Positions 35,020 through 45,428 of a DNA stretch of 64,000 bases are shown here, piece by piece. Every line of letters starts with the position of its first letter. Within the stretch, counting starts at the first letter, position 1. Both the position numbers and the translations under genes were made by a program. The stretch covers positions 69,683 to 133,682 of the forward strand of contig PDIP01000002.1 in assembly GCA_002811645.1 (NCBI GenBank), read 5' to 3'. This DNA is from Corallochytrium limacisporum Hawaii. Taxonomy: Eukaryota > Protista > Pluriformea. A model generated the notes under the pieces. That model saw only the letters and a list, made by a program, of their open reading frames with translations, was not told the DNA's origin and searched no databases.

Positions 35020-35808
35020 CTAAACCTTACTGCTCCGAGGAGATTTCAGGCTGCTCCGAGAAGACTTGAGGTTGGCAGTGCTTTCCCGAGTCTCGACTTC
35101 GTACTCCCAGTCATCCTGAGCCTTTGCAGTGACAATTACGATGCAGCTCATAGCACCCATGCCCAGACCGATACAGAGAAGAACCAGAGCGTTATCCAGC
35201 TGATACTTTTCCAGATCACTGCAGGTAGGGTCCTCACATCCTCCCTGGAAGGGGGCCTCAGTGGGATCTTCACCAGGGTAGCAGCTTGCGGGAATGTTAG
35301 TGTTTCCACCACCCAAGTACTCATTGGCAACGTTCTTGCCGCAGCAGTCGTATCTCGTCTGAATGTCATTCAACTCATTCAAGCACTCTTCACACTCGCT
35401 TTCCGGAACCCCTCCTCCAGTGTTGCAATCGATATGAGTATCAATGCAGTCTTCGAAGCTGCCAGCGAAGTCACCGCAAATCTTACTGTAAGTGTTGAAG
35501 CCGGCAATAGACATGCCAATAAAAGCAAGTGAGAACACAGGGAGCAGGTATCCCGTGTACAGCAGCGGTTTAGTCCTGCGCTGTACTGCGAAAACGACGA
35601 CAACAATACCGAGAACGAAAATAAAGGCCACGCATGAGAGCAAAAGAATTGAACTCAACAGGTAATCTCCCTGCAGCCAGAAACTATAGTCCTGCAGGCT
35701 GAGATAACTGTTGATACCAATTCCCAACATGAGCAAGCTAGACGCCCACAGCATGGCGCCAAAGGCTATAGTGAAGTACCGACTGGTACCAGCAGAACAG
35801 GCTCCCAT
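35020..35808 (-). CDS. Tetraspanin
   Basis: Four TM helices; large second loop with DCCG, PASC and GC motifs. Likely start is ATG 35808 (gtcaccATGG); an upstream in-frame ATG exists at 35931. Confidence 0.85.
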   Translation of the reverse strand: MGACSAGTSRYFTIAFGAMLWASSLLMLGIGINSYLSLQDYSFWLQGDYLLSSILLLSCVAFIFVLGIVVVVFAVQRRTKPLLYTGYLLPVFSLAFIGMSIAGFNTYSKICGDFAGSFEDCIDTHIDCNTGGGVPESECEECLNELNDIQTRYDCCGKNVANEYLGGGNTNIPASCYPGEDPTEAPFQGGCEDPTCSDLEKYQLDNALVLLCIGLGMGAMSCIVIVTAKAQDDWEYEVETRESTANLKSSRSSLKSPRSSKV

Positions 35809-37259
35809 GGTGACTCTCGACGTGGTTCCGGCCCGACACAGTGCGATATTGCTGGAATAGACCAAGATGTTATTACGATTTCCAGTTTTCCCTTCCCAGA
35901 ACTTCAAATAGCTATATGTATTGCTCTCCATGATTCCTATGTGTCATGTACTTGCTAGTCATCACTACTTGTGCATGAGTTAGAGACTCGTCTGATTAAG
36001 TCTTTCCATCTTGTTCAAAGCCAGAGATCCACTGCACAACAGCACACTGCCACGGATGCAAGAGCAAATCAAAATGCAACTCTGCTCCGTTTCCCCTCGC
36101 TGCGCCCCAGAGCTTTAATGGTCGATACATCAATGGACGACCAGGATGTTCTTTCCGGTACGTTTTTAACCAGTGGCTTCGACCGACAATTGTCACCAGT
36201 GAAAAACCGTGGATGGAAAGCGACAGAAAATACAGACGGCATTGGTCGCGACAGCAGGAAAATCGAAAGGAAGGAACGACGTGGGTTCTCCTTATCCCCT
36301 TCCTTCCTTCGTTTCGTGTTTTATTGTTCCGCCTTGTTCTCTTTGTGTGTCATAGTGAAGACACCGGGGTTGTGCACTCACCGCTCCATCAGCCAAAAAT
36401 CTCTGGGAAGGGGGGGGGGGTGTCATCAATGCGTAATCCATTTTTCTTGCTGGGTATTGCGCGTTTTCATTGTTGTATTGGCACAGCCGCGCCTGTGCCG
36501 GACCTTTCAATTTTTTAGCCCCCCCCCCAGATTCTCTGTCCCGTGCTACCTCCCCGCAGCAGCCCCTTCCCTCCCCTCCCCTCTTCCGTTCCACTGACAC
36601 ACTGTCCACCCCCATCGCTCTCCCCGGAAGGCATTGTTCACCGAAGGAGCGTGGTACCAAAAATGGACAAAGCCGGCGCAAGCCGGGAGAGGGGAGAGAA
36701 AGGGAGAGAGCGGGCGTAAGACCCAGGGACACGCACCAGACCCGCGAGGTGAAACTCTTGGCCCGTTGCAGGCGATTGACCCAATGTCTGTTGTACGTCA
36801 ATGGTCATGACCAGTGTGCAACGAGCAGACAACAATGCCAGCATGTACATCAGTCACACACCATGTACAGTCTCCTTCTCGCTTTGTCATCAGCAAATAG
36901 TGTTTTATGAATGTGGGTACCCACCACTTCGGTTTTGCAGGGTACCTGAGCGTATTCTCTACTGTGGTAGATTGGATTTGTGAACAACCACCTACTCAAA
37001 CTGCCGGAAATGGTGTACGAAAGCCTGAACCCTCGCAAATTATTCTCTCCGTTTCGCGCTCCTGATCAGGGCGGAGAGTCAACAAGGAATAGGTAGACGG
37101 TAGGAGCATTTTAAACAGTTTTATCATGCGTCACCACAATGACCCACTGTCTCAAAATGCATCCCCGGGCACGCGCCCCGGGGGGGAGGAGGTGGCCCTG
37201 GACAGAACGGTGGGACCAAACGCCACCGTACTCGAAATCGTCTTTTCTTCATACGAGCT

Positions 37260-37278
37260 GAGAGAGAGAGAGAGAGAG
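37260..37278 (+). repeat. (GA)n microsatellite
   Basis: Seen directly in the tetraspanin/TPC divergent intergenic region. Confidence 0.8.
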
Positions 37279-38173
37279 GGCCCGCCTACCGGCGATTAAA
37301 AATCCCAATTCTCCCTGGGGTATCCAAGTGATACCGCTCGCGTGCTGGAGGGCAGGATTGGTGGAGAAACTGTAGTAATTGGCACTCGCGAACGCGGGTC
37401 TTTTTGTACGGCATTTTGTGACCCCCCCCCCCTTCGGTGTGGCGAGGAGAGGTTATGCTTAGTATGTTCGTCCACCAGGGAACGCGGAACGGCTGCCAAA
37501 ACACCAGGAGGATACTCAATTTGCGTACCTGCCTCACTATCTACACAGTCTCATCAACTCTTGGGCCTCAACCCCCGTACTTCCATCCCGTGGCGGGTGC
37601 AGTGTACCAACTGGCGGTGATGGATGGATGCTTCTGCCGCGCGATGTATTAGGATTTTCACTGCTGTGTGCTACCAATTGCAAGGGAAGGAACACACCAC
37701 GCAGAAGCCTCTACGCAAGGATAGCAATTTTCCATTGTCCGAGCCGAAAAGTATGCGCGCTCTAGCGCACCCCAACCCGCACAAGCCAAACTGACGAAGT
37801 GGTTCGAAATATACTAAAAATATACAATCAAAATGAATCCTAGGTATGTAATTGAACATTTGGTAATTCTGATTGAAATGGATGGTGTCTGCAGTTCCCC
37901 AATATTTAGATAGTGAATGCGATAGATTCGAGGCATTGATTTCGTGGCGGAGTCGACAAGTGAGGGCTTTTCTACCCCGGCTTAAAAAGCCCGCCGTGGA
38001 ATCTGCACCTGTGGTGGTCCTTCAATGCACAAGGTTCCGATGTGCTGCTATCCCGGAAATTGTGGCCATGTTAGACATTCATCTGAAAGCAGTGGGTTTT
38101 TTCTGCTATGTGGAAGACATGATATGAGCTGCTTGGATGGATGGGTCGCTCGCAATGACCCGAGAACGATACA

Positions 38174-41008
38174 ATGAGTGAAGATCAGCAGGCGCATTCC
38201 ACATCTCCCCGAACTGTTCGTATTGACAGTCGGGACAATGTAATCCTCACAGAGCAGACACGTGATGTCGTACATCCTGCTAGAGAGTCTCGAGGGAGAT
38301 CCATCAGTGATATTTCGGCATCTAGTCGTTCAATTCCTCGGTCAAGATCACCTAGAAGTCGTGGCGAATCTGTTCCGTCTCTTTTTGACCTGCCCACTTC
38401 CCTCAGTGATGATATTGCCCTCCCAGCGTTTGCAGCTGGTCAACATGGTGCAGATCCTAGCAATTTGGCAGATGAGAGCTCATCTGACGATGTGGTCACA
38501 GATATCAACAAAGGGTACCGTGCCACAAAGGAGACAGGAAACTCAGAGCGCCAGCAGCAGTATCAGCGCATGATGTTGCTTAGGCAGATTCTTGAACATG
38601 AGGAAGAGGAGGAAGAGGAAGGCGATGACAGTATGCATCCGAGAACAAGCAGCGCACGATCGTGGGGCCATGTGGATGGGAGTTACACAGGAAATGAAGA
38701 AGAGGAGCCACTCTTCTTCCGAAGCCGAAGCTTGAGGCGGTCTCACGCATCGCGAAGGTCACATATGGAGAATGTAGGCGGCACTGGCATTCTTGCATTT
38801 CATTATGACCATTTAGTGGAACTGGCAGCTGCGTACTATCGCAATGGATTCTTTGGCAGAACACTCCATTTCAGTCCGAAGCGTCGGAGCCTAAAGGCGA
38901 TGAAAATTTTGGACTCATACCTTTACAACATTTGTAAAGAGTTCATGATCTTCCTTTATCTTTGCATTGCGCTTTTCGAACGGCCACACAGGGATGGACC
39001 CGTCCTTGGTGAGTATACTTACCTTGTGGAATTGGGGTTTTTGGTCCTTCTAGCAGCAGACACCGGTGCGAAGCGATTTTGTGTCCCGCGCCACCGGTTC
39101 TTGAACAACAGATTGACGCAAATCAACATGTGCGTGCTTTCGGTCAGCTTTGTGAGCACTTTGTTGAGCAAGTTCGTCCACTGGGATTTTATCTATGGAG
39201 CACGTATTCTTCGGAGCTGGTTTATGATCACCAGTGATGCTGGCCTTCGGGTCTTCTTCTTCAACATGTTGGCAATGATTCCTGGCGCCCTGCCCACGCT
39301 GGCACTGTTAGTTTTGCATGTCAGCTTCGGATTTTTGATGGCAACGCAATTCTTTGCAGGTACGGCCCAGGAGGACTACCTGTTCACTAGCATCTGGGGT
39401 GGATTTGAAAAGTTGATCAACACACTTCTCCTAACAAACACTCCAGATGTCATGCTGAAGACGCTCAATGATGGGGATCCTCGAGTGCTTTTCTTCATCT
39501 TGTACATTTTCGTTGGAAATATTGTATTGCTGAACATTCTGCTCGCTAGCATTTATACCACCTACAGAAGTCTCTTACAAGTCAGTAGTCAAGAAGCTTT
39601 TGTTCATTCAACAAGAGCATCTCAGTACGCCTACAAGACATTGGATTTCGCGGCAGTCTCTATCGGGGAGCCCGGAGTCACTTGGAATGTCATTAAAGAC
39701 TTCCTCTGGCAGCTGGATGTGAAAAATGATATTGCAGAACTTATGTTTGCAATGCTCGACTTGGATCAAAGTGGGATGGTGACTATGGACGAATTCCATA
39801 ATCTCACCTACATTTTAAGCATGAAGGTGACCACTGCTCCACGCAAGACACAAACCTGGCTGGCTAGGAATTATCCAAAGATCCATGGGCTTTTCACCGG
39901 AAACAGTGTTCGTCGTTTCTTCGACTTCTTGATTCTCCTGAACGCGGTGACTATTGTTATGCAAATCCTGGATAGCCTTCAGGACTATTCTATCGCGTAT
40001 GCTCAGAAACTGGAGTTCATCAACGAGATCTATGTATACATCAGTGTCTTTGAAATCGCTCTCAATGTCTTCGCACAGGGGTGGCGATCGTATTTCAGGA
40101 CACGGTGGGCCCGTGCCGACGCCATTGGCGTTACAATTCTATTCTTCAGCGCTGTAATTACGCAGAATGCTCGAAGTGTAGTGACTCGTACCGCTATGCT
40201 GTTCAGAATCCTGCGCCTCATGCGCCCACTATCGATGGTGAATGCTTTCCGCGAAACGGTCAAAGCAACTCTTGAAGTATTGAGTAGCGTGTACAAGATT
40301 TTTGGCCTCGCTATTCTGGTGTATTATGTCTATGCACAGCTGGGAATGCTAATTTATGGAAACGTGATGAAGCAGGATGATCCCGACGTGCTAGAGACAT
40401 GCTACGCTGAAAACGGGTATTGGTCGCTCACTTTTGACACCTTTCTGAGCTCCATGTGCATCCTCTTTTTTGTAATGATCACAAACAACTATTTCTGTTT
40501 CATGGATGGCTTTATCGCAGCAAGTAAAACCCAATGGACTGCAGTATACTTCCTCAGTTGGTATGTGGTAATCACTCTGATGACGCTGAACGTCCTGGTC
40601 GCTTTTGTCATCGAAACATTCCAGGAGAAGATGTCATCTAGTGATCGCACATATGTTGTGCTGATCACAAAATACAAAGATGATACCGGACGGACCCGAC
40701 ACTTTGTCACCTACAAGTCACGCCCGGAAGGAATCGAGCATGGCAAGTGGGTTGACCAAGCATACTCTGAACATGATATCAGAGTACGCAACAACATGCA
40801 GACGTTGATAGAGCGCCACCAAGAGCATCCTGAGTACGGGCGTGATATAGAACCCGAGACAAAGGCATTCAAGGTAGCCAAAGGAAACAGTTTCGAGTTC
40901 TTGATGCACTCAATGCTTGCTGGCGGTGTCAAACTTCATAGCAACGAGAGGAATACCCGAAGTCCCAATGTGCGTCGCCAGAGGAATGGCGAGTCAATGA
41001 ATCATTAA
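38174..41008 (+). CDS. Two-pore channel (TPC)
   Basis: Two 6-TM repeats; pore loops LLTNTPDVM and MITNNY; S4 segments ARILRSW and FRILRLMRPL; linker EF-hand DLDQSGMVTMDE; S6 motifs LLNILLASIY and LNVLVAFVIETF. Confidence 0.92.
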   Translation: MSEDQQAHSTSPRTVRIDSRDNVILTEQTRDVVHPARESRGRSISDISASSRSIPRSRSPRSRGESVPSLFDLPTSLSDDIALPAFAAGQHGADPSNLADESSSDDVVTDINKGYRATKETGNSERQQQYQRMMLLRQILEHEEEEEEEGDDSMHPRTSSARSWGHVDGSYTGNEEEEPLFFRSRSLRRSHASRRSHMENVGGTGILAFHYDHLVELAAAYYRNGFFGRTLHFSPKRRSLKAMKILDSYLYNICKEFMIFLYLCIALFERPHRDGPVLGEYTYLVELGFLVLLAADTGAKRFCVPRHRFLNNRLTQINMCVLSVSFVSTLLSKFVHWDFIYGARILRSWFMITSDAGLRVFFFNMLAMIPGALPTLALLVLHVSFGFLMATQFFAGTAQEDYLFTSIWGGFEKLINTLLLTNTPDVMLKTLNDGDPRVLFFILYIFVGNIVLLNILLASIYTTYRSLLQVSSQEAFVHSTRASQYAYKTLDFAAVSIGEPGVTWNVIKDFLWQLDVKNDIAELMFAMLDLDQSGMVTMDEFHNLTYILSMKVTTAPRKTQTWLARNYPKIHGLFTGNSVRRFFDFLILLNAVTIVMQILDSLQDYSIAYAQKLEFINEIYVYISVFEIALNVFAQGWRSYFRTRWARADAIGVTILFFSAVITQNARSVVTRTAMLFRILRLMRPLSMVNAFRETVKATLEVLSSVYKIFGLAILVYYVYAQLGMLIYGNVMKQDDPDVLETCYAENGYWSLTFDTFLSSMCILFFVMITNNYFCFMDGFIAASKTQWTAVYFLSWYVVITLMTLNVLVAFVIETFQEKMSSSDRTYVVLITKYKDDTGRTRHFVTYKSRPEGIEHGKWVDQAYSEHDIRVRNNMQTLIERHQEHPEYGRDIEPETKAFKVAKGNSFEFLMHSMLAGGVKLHSNERNTRSPNVRRQRNGESMNH

Positions 41009-41041
41009 ATGATTGCCCAGTAAGCAGACAATACCATACTT

Positions 41042-41920
41042 CTAATGCGGTCGAATGAGGTTCATTTCCACGTTTGAATAACTTGAGTCGCTGAAGTCCT
41101 GCTCGTCAAGGTCACTCAAAATAATCTCTCCTTTCAGAATCTTTCCCATGTGTGCGGTGAGCAAATCCATAGCAACTTGATTTTCTACACCCCGCGGAAT
41201 AACAATGTCCGCAACTTCCTTTGTAGGTGACACGTAGTGATCAAAGCATGGCTTAACATGCTTCAGATACCGGTTGAGGATTGACTCCAGCGGCATCTTC
41301 TTTATTTTCATGTCCCTCATCACTCTCCGACTCAAACGGACATCATCATCCATTGCTACAAACACCTTCACGTCCAGAAACCGCAAGAGTTCATGTTTAT
41401 AGAGGACGAAAAGTCCTTCAAAAATCACGATGTCTGGACAATCTTCCACTTTGGTCCATCCCTCACGCTTCCCTATCGACTCATTGTACTGCGGAATCCG
41501 AAACGACTTGCGATTCCTAATCTTGTGCATAACCTTGTGCAACAGGTCAAAGTCAAAACTCTCAGGATGGTCAAAATTGACATGATCGACGCCTTTATCC
41601 GCAGGGACTTCCTTGTAAAACTGGTCGAGGGAGACAATCATTACCCGAGTGTGATCTTGACGCTCCTTTTCATGCAACTGCTTCTGTATATACTCGGCGA
41701 CGGCCTTTTTGCCAGAGCCTGTTCCACCGGCAATACCTATCATGAATGTCCGATTCACACCGGATCCCACTGAAGACGTGCTCAAGGACTTCATTCGTTG
41801 AATTGAGGGGTAAGTCACAGAGGCCTCCTGCTCCTCAAGATGCGCCTGCGCACCTCTGGCGGGTTTATTGGATCTGTCGGTGTCAGGCACACCTTGCACC
41901 TCTATCTGCGGAGTCGTCAT
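41042..41920 (-). CDS. Uridine-cytidine kinase
   Basis: P-loop IGIAGGTGSGK, NFDHPESFD, IFEGLFVLY, DVRLSRRVMRD, HVKP, PTKEVADIVIPRG. Confidence 0.95.
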   Translation of the reverse strand: MTTPQIEVQGVPDTDRSNKPARGAQAHLEEQEASVTYPSIQRMKSLSTSSVGSGVNRTFMIGIAGGTGSGKKAVAEYIQKQLHEKERQDHTRVMIVSLDQFYKEVPADKGVDHVNFDHPESFDFDLLHKVMHKIRNRKSFRIPQYNESIGKREGWTKVEDCPDIVIFEGLFVLYKHELLRFLDVKVFVAMDDDVRLSRRVMRDMKIKKMPLESILNRYLKHVKPCFDHYVSPTKEVADIVIPRGVENQVAMDLLTAHMGKILKGEIILSDLDEQDFSDSSYSNVEMNLIRPH

Positions 41921-42331
41921 TGTCCTGGTACCTCAATCAAATTAAATTCTCAAGGAAACACAACTTCAATGATTTGCTCACATATCACCCATCCATTTCG
42001 ATCAAATACCTCATGGCACACTCACTCAACAGCAGTGACAAGTACATACTGGGTATTGTTTTGGAAACGACATCCAGTCCAGTCGGGACACTGGACCCTC
42101 TCGAACCTCTCCCTTCCCTGCTCCCTTTCGCCGGGGTCTATGGAAAGCAGACGATGGGCGGGTCTCATGCGTGGCAAGGTTCACCTACCCCTCCCTCACA
42201 CCGGCAAGATGAGCACGGCAGGTGGAAGCTATTTCCATGTGTTTGACAGGCTTTTGTCAAAGTGCGCAGGTACTTGTCGTTAGTATACAATTGTGAGGTA
42301 GGTCACAATATGCAAGCGGTTGACAACAAGG

Positions 42332-43936
42332 ATGGGTCGCAAGAAGTCGGCCAAGGTCAGGTATAAGCAGGCGCTGGCGTATGCTCAATCCAATGACCGG
42401 AAACCGGATAGTTGTCGCTTCTTGGCTGTGGATAAGAGACGATTTTGCAGCCATCAACGGAAAAGAGAGTCTCTTTATTGCGGTTACCACCAACAAAATA
42501 TCGACGGCAATGACGATCCGGGGTTCCGTCGTATCCCTTGCCCGCTCGATCCTTCACACACAGTCAAAGCCAAGGATGTACATTCGCATGTGAAGAAGTG
42601 TACGGCTGCAAGCAATATGCAGAAAGAACCGTACCGATTAGCGAAAGAAATGCATGTTAAAGACATCAATGCGGGAGCGAATTCTGAGGAAGTTAGGAGC
42701 ATGATGCCAGCTGACAACAGCTCTGCAGACGCTCAAGAATCGAGGTTATTGGCTGCCCTCCGAAAGATCTACAGCTTGCACCAGAGGTGGCATACTGCGG
42801 GTCTGGCAATACGGAAAAGACACCAAGTCTGCGATGACTGTCTGCCACCTAGGATCCAAAAGGAAGTGATCGAAAACTCTGCTGTCAACTATGCCAGTAC
42901 GGCAAAGAATGGAGAGGGGTTGTCGCGTCATGTAACGCAAAATGTAGCATTTGTATCGGTGATGCAAGAACACAACATGTTGCCGGTACCAAAATGCACG
43001 TGCAGCCAGCATGGGACCCAAGAAAGCGAGTCCTCTGATCCCATTGCATTCATAGAATTGGGATCCGGCAAGGGCAAGACCATGCTGATGATTGCTAAGG
43101 GCATGCAGGCTGGGGCAAGTGCTGTAATGCTCTCACTAGACACATCGAGCTATACACAGAAGGCAGACAAGGTGCTTAAAAAAGAAGGGGAGAAAGACTC
43201 AGACACCAAGTTTGTACGTGCTTTGATTGATATAAAGGATTGTGATCTCAGAAAATGCAGCTCTGATGTGTGGGCATTGAAGAGTGGAAAGTGCACCGAA
43301 CGGGCGGTTGGGTTTGGCAAGCACGTTTGTGGAGACGCCACTGACTTTGGTCTGCGTTGCTCAACCAATCTGTTACAACGAGAGGAAAAGGATTGTAGTT
43401 ATCCGGAACTTGCGGGGATCTTTATTGCATGCTGCTGTCGCCATCGCTGTACCTGGCGGAACTTCACCGGTCGCTCTGCCGTGCTATCGGATGGTGACAT
43501 CGGCCCGGATGAATTTCCCTTACTCACAAGGATGGCCACTTGGGCCATCTGTGGTCTGCCAGGAATATATGGCGCTAGCGAGCATGCTACAATGGTAGAG
43601 ACGAACGGGACTCCAGATGAAAATGCCATGAAGAAGCCCAAGGTAGTTCAGGACCTTCATCCACAGACAGATGTGTACACGCTACTTGATGATTGTGTTA
43701 CCTTTCAACGGATTCACAATTTGCTCAGCAGACCAGACACACGCTGTCCTTCTAAGTGGAGCAGCGCAGATAAGTTCCTTGTGGGACAAATGTGCCGACA
43801 GGTTATTGACATGGGCCGCGTGAAATATTGTCATGAACAAGGCCTTAGTGCTGAATTGATTTACTATACACCCTGGGTCAACACTCCCGAAAACGTCATG
43901 CTGATAGCAACACGGAAGCATGGTTCGTCTTCGTAG
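42332..43936 (+). CDS. TRMT13: tRNA:m(4)X 2'-O-methyltransferase Trm13
   Basis: N-terminal CCCH finger (CRF...KRRFC...YCGYH), RIPCPLDPSHTV..H.KKC, FIELGSGKG, KHVCGDATDFGLRC, ACCCRHRC, TPENVMLIA; first ATG 42332. Confidence 0.95.
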   Translation: MGRKKSAKVRYKQALAYAQSNDRKPDSCRFLAVDKRRFCSHQRKRESLYCGYHQQNIDGNDDPGFRRIPCPLDPSHTVKAKDVHSHVKKCTAASNMQKEPYRLAKEMHVKDINAGANSEEVRSMMPADNSSADAQESRLLAALRKIYSLHQRWHTAGLAIRKRHQVCDDCLPPRIQKEVIENSAVNYASTAKNGEGLSRHVTQNVAFVSVMQEHNMLPVPKCTCSQHGTQESESSDPIAFIELGSGKGKTMLMIAKGMQAGASAVMLSLDTSSYTQKADKVLKKEGEKDSDTKFVRALIDIKDCDLRKCSSDVWALKSGKCTERAVGFGKHVCGDATDFGLRCSTNLLQREEKDCSYPELAGIFIACCCRHRCTWRNFTGRSAVLSDGDIGPDEFPLLTRMATWAICGLPGIYGASEHATMVETNGTPDENAMKKPKVVQDLHPQTDVYTLLDDCVTFQRIHNLLSRPDTRCPSKWSSADKFLVGQMCRQVIDMGRVKYCHEQGLSAELIYYTPWVNTPENVMLIATRKHGSSS

Positions 43937-43982
43937 ATGAAAGCGGAAAATTTTCAATCATGCTCTAATAGTCTCATTTCTA

Positions 43983-44873
43983 TCACTGTTCCTTAACACT
44001 ATGGCTACTGTCTTGCACAGAAATGTAGCCATTAGGATGCTTTTCCTTGGGCGGACCATCAAGAGTCAAGAAAAGGGTGATGCCGAACACACACAAGACG
44101 TTTGTGACGAAGAAAAACATAGCCTCCTCAATTGGCAGAGAGAGATCCAAGTCCGGTGAAGTGGGGATGTCAATGCCAAAAGTGTACTCCTTTGAGATCC
44201 ACCAGATTCCATCTTTGATGGCGATGCTGTCCGCGGCCCAGAGGTATAATGTAGGTACCGCCACGGCAGCCAGAATTGTGTCCCAATAACACAGCAGGTA
44301 CGGTGCACCATAGGCCCATTGAACGGCAACAGGTCCCATTGCCCATGCCAGTATCAGACCCATGTACATGCCTTCGTTACCTTCCTGCCACTGCACATAG
44401 CCCCAAGCACCCACAGCAGTGCAAAAGATTACACCAATGGCTCGAGAAGCCCAGCCAAGGAATCCGAAGTTCCACGAAGGCCATTCGCGACTGGTCTTAT
44501 GCCCAAGCAGGAACAGCAGCCAGATCCCGGTTAGTACGGGTTGGAGGAGGAAGAAGGCATACTCTTCGACCGGAACGTACCCAATCGTTGCAAAAACACG
44601 GCTCTCTCCGTAGCCCCAAACCTTCCGATATACTAAGTAATTGTCCCAGGGTACTGTCCAAATGAAAGCAATGGTACATATGCTAGCAATGCTCTGAACC
44701 TCTAGATGGCTCTGGCGAGGCCGCAAAAATTGCAGAGCAATAATGGCGGGAAACATAAAAAGGCAATGGAATGCTGCATAGCTCAGACTCTTGATCTCAA
44801 CGTTCTGCAGAGCGCTGAGAAGATCGAAGTCACCATGATCTTCAGAAAGGCTGTTTCCGCGGAAAAGACCCAT
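43983..44873 (-). CDS. Membrane lycopene beta-cyclase (CrtYc/Yd-fusion, CarR-domain type), stand-alone
   Basis: Duplicated lycopene-cyclase motifs: PWDNYLV...VWGY...PVEEYAFF and PTLYLWAADSIAI..GIW.IS...LPIEEAMFFFVTN; about 7 hydrophobic helices; no phytoene synthase domain. Confidence 0.9.
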   Translation of the reverse strand: MGLFRGNSLSEDHGDFDLLSALQNVEIKSLSYAAFHCLFMFPAIIALQFLRPRQSHLEVQSIASICTIAFIWTVPWDNYLVYRKVWGYGESRVFATIGYVPVEEYAFFLLQPVLTGIWLLFLLGHKTSREWPSWNFGFLGWASRAIGVIFCTAVGAWGYVQWQEGNEGMYMGLILAWAMGPVAVQWAYGAPYLLCYWDTILAAVAVPTLYLWAADSIAIKDGIWWISKEYTFGIDIPTSPDLDLSLPIEEAMFFFVTNVLCVFGITLFLTLDGPPKEKHPNGYISVQDSSHSVKEQ

Positions 44874-45428
44874 GGCGGCTGGGTTGTATGTTCACTAGAA
44901 CAAGGCGCCGTGCATGGACTACATGGTGAGAAACTTGCGAATCAAGTTCATGTGATATCCTTTATACCACCATACAGTTCTGTCCTCAATAACAAATAGC
45001 AAAATGATTCTCTATGCTCCTTTCCTGTGGTGATCCCTTGTCCTGGGCCTCCCAATCTCCTCACCAGCGCGAACTCTGATGGCCAGTGAGTAAGAAGGGT
45101 CCCTAGCAAAAAGGCCCCCAGCCGTTGCAAAAATTTGAGGCTCATACGGACATTCTTAAATATCCACGGGGGGCCCACCGCGGTCGAAATCCTGGAGGTG
45201 GTCCGCGGCAAAACTACTGCCGGGAGGGCATGAAAACATCTAGCAAAGCTGTTCCGTATATCGTGCCCGTTCAGTGAGAGTTAGGTGTTGGGGGTGTCGA
45301 GCCATCTACAAAACGACAAGGTAGAGTACCAAGGTAGAGTATATCAAGCTTCAGTTTGAACAGCAAATGATTTATTTTTCTTGCAGGGAATGGTCATGTG
45401 AACGACTGGAAAGTCAGGCCTGCTACTC

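Noticed and set aside
35971-36910. 208-aa, 169-aa and 146-aa ORFs upstream of tetraspanin
   Set aside because: Run through G/C homopolymers and promoter-like low-complexity DNA; mostly non-ATG starts; no motifs.
45317-45342. 13-bp tandem repeat CAAGGTAGAGTA(C/T) x2
   Set aside because: Short local duplication downstream of the GH-like gene with no evidence of function.
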